Source: Callorhinchus milii
Lineage: Eukaryota
NCBI RefSeq assembly: GCF_018977255.1
Contig: NW_024704743.1
Coordinates: 17,982,001-18,046,000 of the forward strand
DNA: 64,000 nucleotides
Direction of reading: 5' to 3'
Below are positions 38,635 through 49,859 of the stretch, piece by piece. Position 1 is the first letter of the stretch, and every line of letters starts with the position of its first letter. The position numbers and the translations under genes were made by a program. The notes beneath the pieces were generated by a model. That model saw only the letters and a program-made list of their open reading frames with translations, was not told where the DNA came from and ran no database searches.

Positions 38635-38830
38635 AAAAAAAAGAAGGCAGTTTCTTCTGGTGTTCTTGGCCAACAATCTTCCAGATAAAATTGGCCACTC
38701 ACTTCATGGCTGTTTGTTGCACATTTATGAGTACAAATTGGCTACTGCATTCACCTACAAATGCAGTCAGTGCGCTTGACACTGAAATCTTGTGAAGCGC
38801 TTTGATCAATTCGACAACAGGATAAGCCTC
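38635..38830 (+). mobile_element. Old DeuSINE-like element, 3' half
   Basis: aagaaggcagtttcttctggtgttcttggccaac...ggctgtttgttgc...aaattggctactgcattcacctac...gtgaagcgctttga. Confidence 0.78.
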
Positions 38831-38869
38831 TCTATCGTATACCAATCATTTTTCATCCCTTAGGAAATC

Positions 38870-39530
38870 AATCATGTGCTGACCACTCTCTGGTACCTGT
38901 CCCAACTGGGCATTTTCATGTATAAATCCAGGCGGACAATTTGACCACAGATGATGTTGCAGCAATTTTATCCTTTCTCAAACTCCCCACAGCTAAACTT
39001 TCCAGCACAAGTCACTGGGTAGCAGTCTGGAGAAGGAAAGCTAGCTGAATATTTTTTGTCTCTTTACCCCAAAGTAAAACCAATGGTCCCAATGGTTCCA
39101 CTGCTGCCAAAGCTAAGATCAGTTCTCAGAAAGAACCGATTTCCAAATTAAGACTGAATTTAAACACTTTCTAAATTCTGTTTGATTTCCAATTCTAAGA
39201 TAAAATGGCCGTACACCTCTAAAGCAGTGGTGGCCACCCTGTGTTTTGCCATCAAGAAACATCCCCCGAACATTCGCATGAGTCTAAGTAAGTTTATGTT
39301 CAATTGTTGTTGATTAAATATTCCTTGATTTATGCCATAAGTCAAGAAATATTCAATCAAGGACACTTATTTTGTTGGACGACCATAGAGATTGGCCAAC
39401 AAAATAGGTGGTTGGCCACCACTGAGCTAAATGGTAACTCAGCACAGACCAGGGATCGAACTGGAAAACATCTGGGCCTTTTTGAATCAACTTCACACTA
39501 AGCAGTATCTTTAACACTTGTGCCATTGAC
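38870..39530 (-). mobile_element. Ancient SINE-like element with tRNA-like head, interrupted by a MITE
   Basis: B-box-like gttcgatccc (reverse complement of gggatcgaac, ~39451-39460) followed by tggtctgtgctgagtt; body continues at 38870-39125. Confidence 0.6.
39225..39424 (-). mobile_element. hAT-like MITE, second copy (opposite orientation to 34819-35038)
   Basis: TIRs cagtggtggccacc / ggttggccaccactg. Internal 39315-39378 is the reverse complement of 34846-34906. Flanks ctctaaag / agctaaat. Confidence 0.8.
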
Positions 39531-39619
39531 AGAATTAGTTATTTTTAATTTTGGTTAAAATTACGGTATTCATGGATGTGGTCTATTCATTAACGTTCAG
39601 CTTCAGAGAGGGTGAATAA

Positions 39620-39850
39620 CAGTCCCAACATATCACTCTGGGATCTTCAAGCCTTGGATCTTGCCAAACTGAGCTGAACATTCTTCGGAATTAGGTAAAT
39701 AGGATGTGTTTCTCCAGGCAGAGTGTGCATTCCATTCCAGATACGGAAATTTCTGTGCGTGGGTGGCATACATTGCAACTCTCAGTCTGGTTTGCCTAAT
39801 CTTAAACATGGTTGTGGGTTTCTGCATGTGTCAGGCTGATCCCCAAATAA
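39620..39850 (+). mobile_element. Poly(A) retroposon family 3' end
   Basis: cactctgggatcttcaagcc...ttgccaa...gcattccattccag...catggttgtgggtttctgcatgtgtcaggctgatcccc. Confidence 0.75.
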
Positions 39851-40430
39851 TTAATGATCACCTGGATAAATAAGGGTTGATCCAGAGCAGAAATGATGGT
39901 TTGAAACGTGCCTTTTTACAGGTGTTTTTTATGACAGATTTTGTCTGGAATTCAAAATCTTAGCTCTGGCTAAAAATGCCATTTTGGGAGTTGAGAATCA
40001 AATTCTTACCTCTGGCTACATTTGCTTTTCATACGTATAAAAATGGTGATCAAACTAACTGTGAGAAGCCATAGGGAGAAACCATTGTCTCGAATTTAGT
40101 AGTTTAGTCCCAGACCTGTCATTAAGGAGAGCTTTCAGTTGATAAAACAATCCGAAATTATCCCCGGAGGTGATTAAAGAACATAATGAATTTAGGAACA
40201 TTGTACTACAATGTTGACTCTCATATATTTGAGCAGCACTTACCTATTAACAGGTCTGTGGTAAATAACAGTGAAGAAATATTTCCCTGTTCCACTGACT
40301 TTTTTTACTTTGAATTTCGCATTCTCAGTACTTCTGGTTTTACACATAAATAAGCCTTAGCCTGACCCACTCTTGCAATCACCATGATAATAACATGATG
40401 TTCATAAGAGCGATAGGATTTAGTACTTAC

Positions 40431-40518
40431 CATTCGCCGCTGGAAGCCTGCATAAACCTGCTTTGAAATTCCCTATCACTTCAGAGTCGTTTCTGATGTA
40501 AATGAGACTTCTGACAGA
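40431..40518 (-). other. Candidate exon (88 nt) of an unidentified minus-strand transcript
   Basis: Acceptor ttgttatttgcttgcag, donor gtaagt, unique sequence, one open frame (SVRSLIYIRNDSEVIGNFKAGLCRLPAAN). No protein family recognised. Confidence 0.3.
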
Positions 40519-40689
40519 CTGCAAGCAAATAACAAACATTCTCATTATTTTTTTTAAAAAAACTCTCAAGATCCAGCAATCTGGAAACACAACCAGTTTT
40601 CAAGATCCCATTACTGCTGATCGGGGATGGGGACAGGCAGTATCAAGAAGTTGGAGCAGAATAAAGAAAGCTTTTAGGACAATGGCAAC

Positions 40690-40820
40690 CTTTCTCTGAC
40701 ATAAGATCATTGACCTGAAACATAAACTCACTTTCCTCTCCATAGATACTGCCTGAACTGCTGAGTGTTCCCAGCGACTTCTGTTTTAATTTCCAGCATC
40801 TGCAGTATTTTGCCTTTTTG
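40690..40820 (+). mobile_element. Solo arm of the Penelope-like pLTR element, degenerate hammerhead core
   Basis: ctgacataagatcattgacctgaaac...ctttcctctccatagatactgcctgaactgctgagtgttcccagcgacttctg...ttccagcatctgcagtattttgc matches 29075-29206. Confidence 0.82.
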
Positions 40821-41261
40821 TTTCTTGTTTCTCCTCTATGGTTCACTCCTCAAACACTGCTTTGCTGTTGTAACTGCTTAGGCTCAGTTTTAGAAACACC
40901 ACTTAGGAACATCCAAAATTAGGAGTATTTCTTTTTAAATAATACAGTTTACGTAATACTGCAGTGTAAACTGATTGGCTAGCCACAGAGCCCTAAATGT
41001 GAATGGTTGTTTCCGTGGGAATACCGTTTGACAATCAGAATTATTTGACACACAAAGTGCTGTATGTAAAACTATTAGTTGTTTAGGTGTGAAATAAAAG
41101 TCACCTGAGGATCCACTAACTAACAGTAGATCTGAATCAATAATTAATTTCTACAGCACAGGGCAATCTTCAAGCCAATGCTCCAATTGGTAGGGTAATC
41201 CTAGTTACATAAGTACAATTCTGAGCGTTGGATGCTTCTCATGTCCTTCTGACTATTCGGG

Positions 41262-41398
41262 ATTGGGTAGGTTGGTTGAATGGGGTGGGGGTGTGTGTGT
41301 GTGGTGGGTGTGTGGTGGTGGGTGGGTGGTGGGGATGTGTGTGTGTGGTGGGGGTGTGTGTGTGTGGTGGGGGTGTGTGGTGGGGGGGTGGGTGAGGG
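41262..41398. repeat. G/T-rich low-complexity (GT)n/(GGT)n repeat
   Basis: Directly visible. Confidence 0.92.
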
Positions 41399-41499
41399 TA
41401 GTACTCGCTTCTTCATGCTCCACTGGTAAACACTACACATTTGGTGCAATAGCCATCCTGTGAGGTGTATCACTGCGGTGCATCATTGCTTACCTCCAA

Positions 41500-41805
41500 C
41501 ACTGCCTCGGACTGAGTGAGACCTATGAGCAGACAGTGCTATCAATGGCAAGCTGTGTAGTTTTAGTTGGTTAGACTCCAGCAGTACCAACACACACACT
41601 CTGGGGTCCCCAAGACTTAGCTCTTGCCAACCTGCGCCTAATATTTTCTGGAATTAGGTAAGCAGCGGAGAGAGTGCGCATTTTATTCTAATAATCTAAC
41701 TCTGGGCTTTCCATGTATAGGTGGGATGCGTGGAATTCTCAGTTTGGTTTGGATACTCTTAAGCATGATGATGGGTTTCCGCATGTATCAGACACCCAGC
41801 TGACA
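41500..41805 (+). mobile_element. Poly(A) retroposon family 3' end
   Basis: tatcaatggcaagctgtgtag...cactctggggtccccaag...cttgccaacctgcgcctaata...gatgggtttccgcatgtatcagacacccagctgac. Confidence 0.82.
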
Positions 41806-41888
41806 TCTCATCTTACGACAATATCTGAAGTGTTGTTTTAGTTTCCCCATAACATGTCATTTTGCAAATGCAGCAATGATTTGCACTT

Positions 41889-43298
41889 AGAATATAAGAA
41901 CATAAGAATTAGGAGCAGGAGTAGGCCAATTCGGCCCCTCGAGCCTGCCCCGCCATTCGATAAGATCATGGCTGATCTTCAGACCTAACGCTAATTACCT
42001 GCCCTATCCCCATATCCCCTAAACCCTCTTTTTTAAAAAAATCTACCAGTCTCAGCCTTGAAGATGTTCGAGGACTGAGCATCTACAGCCTTCTGGGGTA
42101 GTGAATTCCATAAATTCACTACCCTCTGAGTGAAGAAATGTTTCCTCAACTCTGTTCTAAAAGGCTGACCCTTAATTTTAAGACTGTGACCCCTGGTTAT
42201 AGATTCTCCTACCAGGGGAAACAGACCCTCAGTGTCTATGTTATCAGCCCTTTAAGAATCTTATATGTTTCAATAAGATCTTCCCTAAGTCTTCTGTACT
42301 CTAAAGAATATAGCCCTAGTTTATTCAGCCTATCCTCAGAGGTCAGTCCCCTCATCCCAGGAACTAACCGAGTGAATCTACGCTGCACCCCCTCTAGGGC
42401 AAGTATGGCCTTTTTTAAATAAGGAGACCAAAACTGCACACAATACTCTAGGTGCGGTCTCACCAAGGCCCTATACAGTGCACCAAGACTTCCCTACTCT
42501 TGTACTTTAAACCTTTTGCAATGAACGCTAACATGCCGTTCACCTTCTTAATTGCTTGCTGCACCTGCAAACTAACTTTTTGAGACTGGTGTACAAGGAC
42601 ACCCAAATCATACTGAACATTAACACTATCTAATCTCTCCCCCTCTAGAAAATAATCTGTTTTTCTATTTTTGCTACCTAGGTGAATAACTTCACACTTC
42701 CCCACATTAAATTCCATCTGCCACCTACTCGCCCACTCCCCTAGCCTATCTATATCCCATTGCAATCTTTTTGCATCATCCTCAGAGCTTACTCTCCCAC
42801 CTAGTTTAGTGTCATCCGCGAATTTAGATACGTTACATTCAATGTCCTCGTCTAGATCATTGATGTAAATTGTAAATAGCTGAGGCCCACAACTGATCCT
42901 TGTGGCACTCCACTAGTCACATCCTGCCAATTCGAGAATGACCCGTTTATCCCTACTCTCTGTTTTCTACCCGTTAGCCACTCTTCAATCCATGCTAATA
43001 TGTTCCCATTAATCCCATGGGCCTTAACCTTGTGCAATAGCCTTTTGTGTGGCACTTTGTCAAATGTCTTTTTAAAATCTAAATATACTACATCTACTGG
43101 TTCCCCCCTATCTAACCGGCTAGATACATCTTCAAAAANCTCTAAAAGATTCGTTAAGCATGACTTCCCTTTTGTAAAGCCATGTTGACTCTGCCTAATC
43201 TTGTTATGGTTTTCCAGGAATCCCATAATGACATCCTTAATTAAGGACTCAAGAATTTTCCCCACCACTGAAGTCAGACTAACTGGTCTATAGTTCCT
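41889..43298 (-). mobile_element. CR1-clade LINE, 5'-truncated RT plus 3' UTR
   Basis: Minus-strand ORFs [43 protein letters not shown]; tail is a (ttatgttc)-like repeat. Confidence 0.96.
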
Positions 43299-44399
43299 TA
43301 TACAGTTCCTTTCACTGGAATAAAATCCACTTTCTCAGGGGAGAGCCTGATAATACTGACCCATATGAAGAATGGAAATACTACAGATGCAAAGTAACCC
43401 AGGCAAAGGCACTCAGCACAAATAAACAAAAGAGGATACCTTCAAACAAAAAATACTACATGGCAATGTTTCCATTTGCCACTAGCTTCAATGCCAGGTC
43501 AGACCTGAATTAAACAACCTAATATTAAATTAATCTTCCCACTTCTATGTATTGACTTACCTTCAACAAGACCTTAATTTGCTGCTTCTGAAAGGTCACG
43601 AATCATGTAACAGTGACAATGTTACAGCTTGAGATCACATTTAGTCTTGCTCTTTTTTCACCTTCAACCTCTCCAGAGCAGAATGACCAAAATAGCTATT
43701 AATAATGAAAGTGCAGTAGCATAGATTCTGTAACAAATTCTGAGCTGACATAACTGGGGCTTCGGCAATTAGAAAATATATTTCAGACTGAATCTCATCT
43801 CTCTAACACCTCCTTGACACAAAAAGATGGTTTTATTAATTTGTGCAAGACTTTGACCACAATATTTTAAAACATGCAATTTTCTTTAGTTATTGTAAAA
43901 TTACAATGAAACTATGTTTTCATATTTGATATTGCATACAATAATTAAGGTAACAATAATAAAAGGACCACCAGGTGTGTATTGCCATTATTTTCTCAAT
44001 AAGGTACAAGCGATAATGCTGTTTATAGCTAACTTTTATGGAGTGCCAGCATTTAAAAGATGAGAGATGTTTTTGGAGATAAATGAGAAATTGTCTGGGA
44101 GTTGACCAAAGTGGCATCTGTCATGTGTTAGCTTCTAACTTTGATTCTCTGTAGCTTTTCTCTGCTGCAGATCACTGACATAAATATATATCAAAACAGA
44201 GACGAGCGAATCTCAGTCTAGAATGTGGGACTACTCGTGGGATTCTATATTGGAGAATCCTTTAGAAATCCCACTGAACCATTACAACTCTTCTCTGAAT
44301 TCCCATTACAGTCAAACCTGTTTAAACAACCACCTCCATTCAGCAATGGCTGAAGGGGGCAATAGTCTTTGCGAGATTCTTGATGGCCCAGTGACCACT

Positions 44400-44535
44400 T
44401 ACACTGTTGTCCTGACGGAATGCCTGTCAGACATCAAACCAATTTTCTCTAGTTGAAAGTTGACAAGACTGAGGGCCTCCTGCTTGGCTCCCGTCAACGC
44501 CTCCTCACCTCAAGAGCTGACAGCATCACCATCAC
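44400..44535 (+). mobile_element. L2 internal fragment
   Basis: [10 protein letters not shown]...KTEGLLLGSRQRL, matching 37700-37840. Confidence 0.75.
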
Positions 44536-44721
44536 ATCAGTTTAAGAAAATTGTAAACAAGAAGATAGGGAGGTTAGGAAATTTTTCCATTTGCTTTTTT
44601 GACCTCTTTGTCAACCTGTCTTCCCACCTTTAAAGATTTATGTACGTTAACCTCAAAGTCCCTCTACTCTTCCACTTGTTTTTAATATTTTACCACCTCC
44701 GAAACTTCACATTTGTCTACC

Positions 44722-44817
44722 TTTTCTTTTTGAATAGTGCCATTGGATGTTTAACGTCCACCTGATAACAGTGCTACCAGCTGAGCCAGGCTGACACATG
44801 CTGAGCCAGGCTGACAC
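44722..44817 (-). mobile_element. DeuSINE-like remnant with large internal deletion and duplicated 5' tip
   Basis: Reverse complement reads gtgtcagcctggctcagc (x2) tggtagcact, joined directly to caggtggacgttaaacatccaatggcactattc. Confidence 0.65.
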
Positions 44818-45094
44818 CTCAGATAGGGTGGCATTGGGATTGCTCCATTCGTGACAAGAGCAAAGATGGGGAGAAATTCAAATCCACTTCAAAGTTTCCA
44901 AAGTGAAGCTTGCACCTCATGTACAAATCTGCCCTGGTAAATGCAGGTTTTTACATTGAATTGAAAAATGATAATTTTGCCAATGTAAAGCAAAAAACTG
45001 TAACTCTTATACCCTTCAATTGATTTCTTGACAAAAAATCCAATTCCCACTTAAATTCACTCATTCATTCTCAGAGGTAGGGTGGGGCATGAAC

Positions 45095-45698
45095 TCTTGT
45101 TAATGCCTTCATCACATCCAGGCTCGACTATGCAAACACCCTGCTTGTCAACTTTCCCAACTCCTCCCTCCACAAGCTGCAGATAATCCAGAACTCTGCA
45201 GCCCGTGTCCTCTCCTGCACCAAACTCCGTGACCCCATCTTCCCCATTCTTACCCGACTCCATTGGCTCCCTATCCTTCAGGGGATCCAGTTCAAGATCC
45301 TGGTCCTCACCTACAAAGCCCTCCATGGCCTTGCCCCACCCTCCCTCTGCGACTTCCTAACTCCCTCCAAACCCGCCCATTCCCTCCGCTCAACCTGCTC
45401 CGGCCTGCTCCACGTCCCCCGACCCACCAACCCCACCATTGGCGGGAGAGCCTTCAGCCACTCTGCCCCCAACCTCTGAAACTCCATCCCCCCAACCACT
45501 CCGCCTCACCCCCTCCTTAGCCTCCTTCAATTCCTGCCTCAAGACCCCTCCCTCATCGACCATGCCATCGGCCACTCCCCTCCCCTCCCTTCTCTCCCCC
45601 TGACCCCTGCTCGGGTCTGAAATTCTGTACTCTGTCCAGAACCTTGGGACATCCTCCCAATGTGAAAGGCGCTATACAAATGTAATCTTGTTGTTGTT
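45095..45698 (+). mobile_element. L2 3' portion
   Basis: SRLDYANT, LQIIQNSAARVL; L2 tail gtgaaaggcgctatacaaatgtaatcttgttgttg. Confidence 0.93.
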
Positions 45699-46029
45699 AT
45701 ACAATCTACCTCCTTGTGTCATATATTCATCATTCCTTTTTTAGAGTAAATTAATCAGAACCCTTCATTCACCTTTCTTCTTCTTAGCTTCAGTCTGTAT
45801 CCTTTCTTCTAATTGTGTTTTCAACATTATTAGGCTTCAATTTATCTTTGCCTTTTGCTTCTGAAGACTTCAATAAGATCTCCTCTGGGCCTTCTCTTCT
45901 ACAATGTCAACATTCCCAACTTCTGTAGATTTTTTTTGTACGTTAGATGAAGATGCAACTCTTGTGGTGACATAATATAATTTGCCGTCCAAGAGATAAA
46001 CAGCTTAAGTGAAATGTAAATGCCACGAA

Positions 46030-48896
46030 TGCCGCATTGGCCTACAAAATGTCCACTCCCTCTCCAATAAAACACTCACCACCAAAGACCTCATTGTCGA
46101 AGAAAACATTGACATTCTCACCCTCACTGAAACCTGGATCACTCCAGGTGACAGCTTCCTCCCGATAGAGGCCTCACCACCCAGCTACACCTTCCATCAT
46201 ACCCCATGACCTAACCGTAGTGGTGGCGGGGTGGCTCTCAACTCCGGGTCCCTGCTCGGCCTATTCCCTTACTCCTCTGGAACCTTCCCCTCCTTTGACC
46301 ACCTTACTTTATATCACCCCTCCAACCTTTCCCTCAAAATTTTCCTTACTTATTACCACCCCCCCATCCAGCCCTCCCCCACCTTCCTCCCCAACATCTC
46401 CACCTCCTATCTTCCCACTCCTTCTGCTCAGAACGCCTCCTCATCCTTGGCGACTTCAACCTTCACTTTACCACCTCCTGCTCTACCTCTGCTGACTTCT
46501 CCTCCCCTATCTCCTCCCTCAAACTCTTCCTGCACATCCACTCCGCCACCCCCTCGACCTGGTGATCACTCGGGGCCTCACCGTCTTGGACCTCACCACC
46601 ATCGACAAAGCGATCTCGGACCAATATTTCATCTCTCTTAACTCCTCAATCCCACCGCCACCCAACCCAATTCCATCTCCTACTACCCTTGGAAAAAAAT
46701 CTCCCCTCCCTCTCTCTCAGCCTTGGAGTCATCTGAACTCCTTCCCCTCTGGACTTCCTCCCGCAATGATCTATCCTCCTCCGTCATTCTTCTCCACAGC
46801 TCCTTCTCCTCCAATCTCGATTCCCTTGCTCCCCTCGCTTCCTGAACCATCTCGTACTCATGTAAGTCACCATGGTACATCAGCCACCTCTGCTCCCTTA
46901 AAGCACAAATGAGTGCCGCTGAAGGCACTTAAATCGAAGTTAACCGCACTCTCCTCCTCTAAATCGTTGTCCTACTCCAAGACAATCTTGGAGGCCAAGG
47001 ACACCAGGCTTCTCTTCTCCATCACCAACCGGCTCCTCTGACCACGCTTTCATGCCTCACCCATCCTCAGCTCCAATTCCAACTGTGATGCAATGCTGAA
47101 CTTTCTCGAATCAAAAGTTGAGAGGATTTGCTCATCTTCCTCTGCCCTTCCATCTATTACCCTTGCCCCATCTCTCCCTCTCATCCCGGCCCCTACCCAT
47201 CCCTCCCTCCACACCTTCAACCCTGTCTCCCCATTCTCTCTCGCCACCACTATAACCCACATGAAACTGACCACCTGCTCCCTCAATCCCATCCCTACCC
47301 TTCTCCTTTCCTCCCAGCTCCAACTGCTTGCCTATCTACTCACAGACATCATAAATCTCTTGCTGTCCACTGGCACTGTTCCCACCCCATTAAAAATGGC
47401 TGTCATCACTCTTATCCTTAAAAAACCCTCCCTGGTCCCATCACTGATCTCAAGCTACTGCCCCATCTCCAGCCTCCCTTTCCTCTCCAATGAGTTGTGG
47501 TTTCCCAGATTCGTTCTTTCCTCTCCTGCCACTCACTTCACAAATCCCTGCTCTCGGGTTTCCGCCTACAGCACAGAAACAGTTCTAGTCAAAGTGACAA
47601 ATGACATTCTGTCCATCTGCAACCAGGGCTCCCTCTGACTCCTTGTCCTCCTTGACCTCTTTGCTGCCTTCGACCCCGTTGACCACTCTATCCTCATCCA
47701 CCGCCTCTCCTCTCACCTCAACCTTCACAGGTCTGTCCTTGAATGGTTCAGATTGTACCTCTCACATCGCCTCCACTTCATCTCCACAAACGGTTTCTCC
47801 TCTAGCCCCCGCACAGTCTCATGCAGGTTCTTCAGGGCTCTATCCTTGGTCCCCTCCTCTTCAATATCTATATGCTCCTTCTTGGTGACATCATCCTCAG
47901 ACATGGGGTCAACTTCCACATGTATGCGGATGACACCCAACTGTACCTCTCTGCCTTCACCCTTAACTCCAGGATCACTGCTGTCCTGACTGAATGTCTG
48001 TCGGACATCAAGTCCTGGATGAGAGCTAACTTTCTTTAGTTGAACCTCAACAAGTCTGAGGCTCTCCTGATTGGCTCTCGTCAGCATGTCCACACCTCAG
48101 GCGGTGACAGCATCACCATCCATGGATGCACACTCCACCTTACTAAGGCAGTCTGGAAGTTTGGCATCCTTTTTGACCCTCAACTATCCTTTCTACCCCA
48201 CATCCGTGCCATTACCCGCTCCATCTTCCCCCACTTCCGCAACATCTCCCAGCTCCGCCACTGTCTCAAACCGCAGGCTGTGAAACCCTCATACTTACAT
48301 TCATTACATCGAGGCTTGACTATGCAAACTCCTTGCTTGTCAGCCTCCCCAGCTCCTCCCTCCATAGGCTGCAGATCATCCAGAACTCTGCAGTCCGCGT
48401 CCTCTCCCGCACCAGGCTCTGTGACCCTATCACCCCCATCCTCGCCCGTCTCCACTGGCTTCCCATCACACAAACAATGCAGGTCAAGATCCTGGTGCTC
48501 ACCTTCAAAGCCCTCCAGGGTCTTGCTCCCCCTACCTGTGCGACCTCCTAACCCCCTATCATCCTGCCCACTCCTTCCGCTCAACGGGCTCCAGCCTGCT
48601 TCACGTCTCCTGCCTCACCCACCCCATCATTTGCAGGTGGGCTTCCTGCCACTCTGCCCCCACCCTCTGGAACTCCATCCCACAGTTCCTCTGACTCGCT
48701 CCCTCCCTTGCCTCCTTCAAGACCCATCTCAAGACCTCCTTTTCAACTGTGCTTTTTTCACCCTACTTCTCCCCTGCCCTCCACCCTCCCCAATCCTGAC
48801 CCCCAGCTTGGGTCCGAAACTCTGACTGTCCAGCGCCTTGGGACATCCTCCCGACATGAAAGGCGCTTCACAAATGTAATTTTGTTGTTGTTGTTG
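46030..48896 (+). mobile_element. L2-clade LINE, near-complete degenerate ORF2 (APE + RT) plus 3' UTR
   Basis: IGLQNVHSLSNK...DILTLTETW (APE), [39 protein letters not shown]; tail (ttg)n. Confidence 0.95.
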
Positions 48897-48916
48897 AGCA
48901 CAATGACTGTGTGACT

Positions 48917-49470
48917 ACATAATATAACATAATGTGTAGGAGCAGGAGTAGGCCATTCGGCCCTTCGAGCCTGCCCCGCCATTCAATCATGGCTGATCTT
49001 CTAATCTAACTCCAGCTAATAACATAACCCTGCCTTGTCCCCATATCCCTTAATCCCTTTTACAATAAGAAATTTATCTATCTCAGTCTTGAATAAGTTC
49101 AAGGACTGAGCATCAACAGCCCTTTGGGGTAGCGAGTTCCATACATTCACCATCCTTTGAGTGAAGAAGTTCTTCCTTAACTCAGTGTGAAAGGGCCTCT
49201 GATTTTAAGGTTGTGACCCCTGGTTTTAGTTTCTTCAACCAGGGGAAACAATCTCCCACTATCTACTCTATCATGCCCTTTGATGATCTTATAGGCTTCT
49301 ATAAGATCCCCTCTAATTCTTCTATATTCTAGAGAATATAGGCCAAATTGATCAGCTTATGTTCGTTACTCATCCCCTTCATCCCTGGTACTAACCTGGT
49401 AAATCTACTCTGCAACCCTCCAAGGCAAATACATCCTTCCTTAAATGAGGAGACCAAAACTGCACACAGT
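48917..49470 (-). mobile_element. CR1 3' end, same subfamily as 1-2611
   Basis: Reverse complement closely matches 2063-2611. gtgact is present at both ends (48911-48916, 49469-49474), a candidate TSD. Confidence 0.95.
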
Positions 49471-49859
49471 GACTGCTGGAATGGTACTGAGGGCTGCAAT
49501 TGATTGCTAAGTTGTGGATGTCAAAATTTGCTGACCTCGTATATTTCTCAACACATCCAAAACACCCAGCACAGGCTCAGGGATCACTAGGGGATGCTAG
49601 AGAAATGGTAGACCATGCAAGTAAAATCAAACAAAATGATCGATCTGACAAGGGAATTGTGGAAAGTGTAAGGGCCATGAGGTTAGGAGGCAATTAAAAT
49701 TGTCTTCCCTCACTTTACCCCATCCACAGAAAGTTAACAGGCAATTTATGTTAGACAGCACAGATTGGACAAGTGTGGTGCTCCACAATGGACCCATGGG
49801 GGGGGGGGGGGCCTTGCGGTCAGGAGGAAGCATTATGTTATATTCACATCTGACCCAAA

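Noticed and set aside
41201..41473. His/Thr/Pro-rich ORF (also 2529-2801)
   Set aside because: Translation of microsatellite sequence.
25160..43139. Single n bases at 25160 and 43139
   Set aside because: Assembly ambiguities, not biological features.
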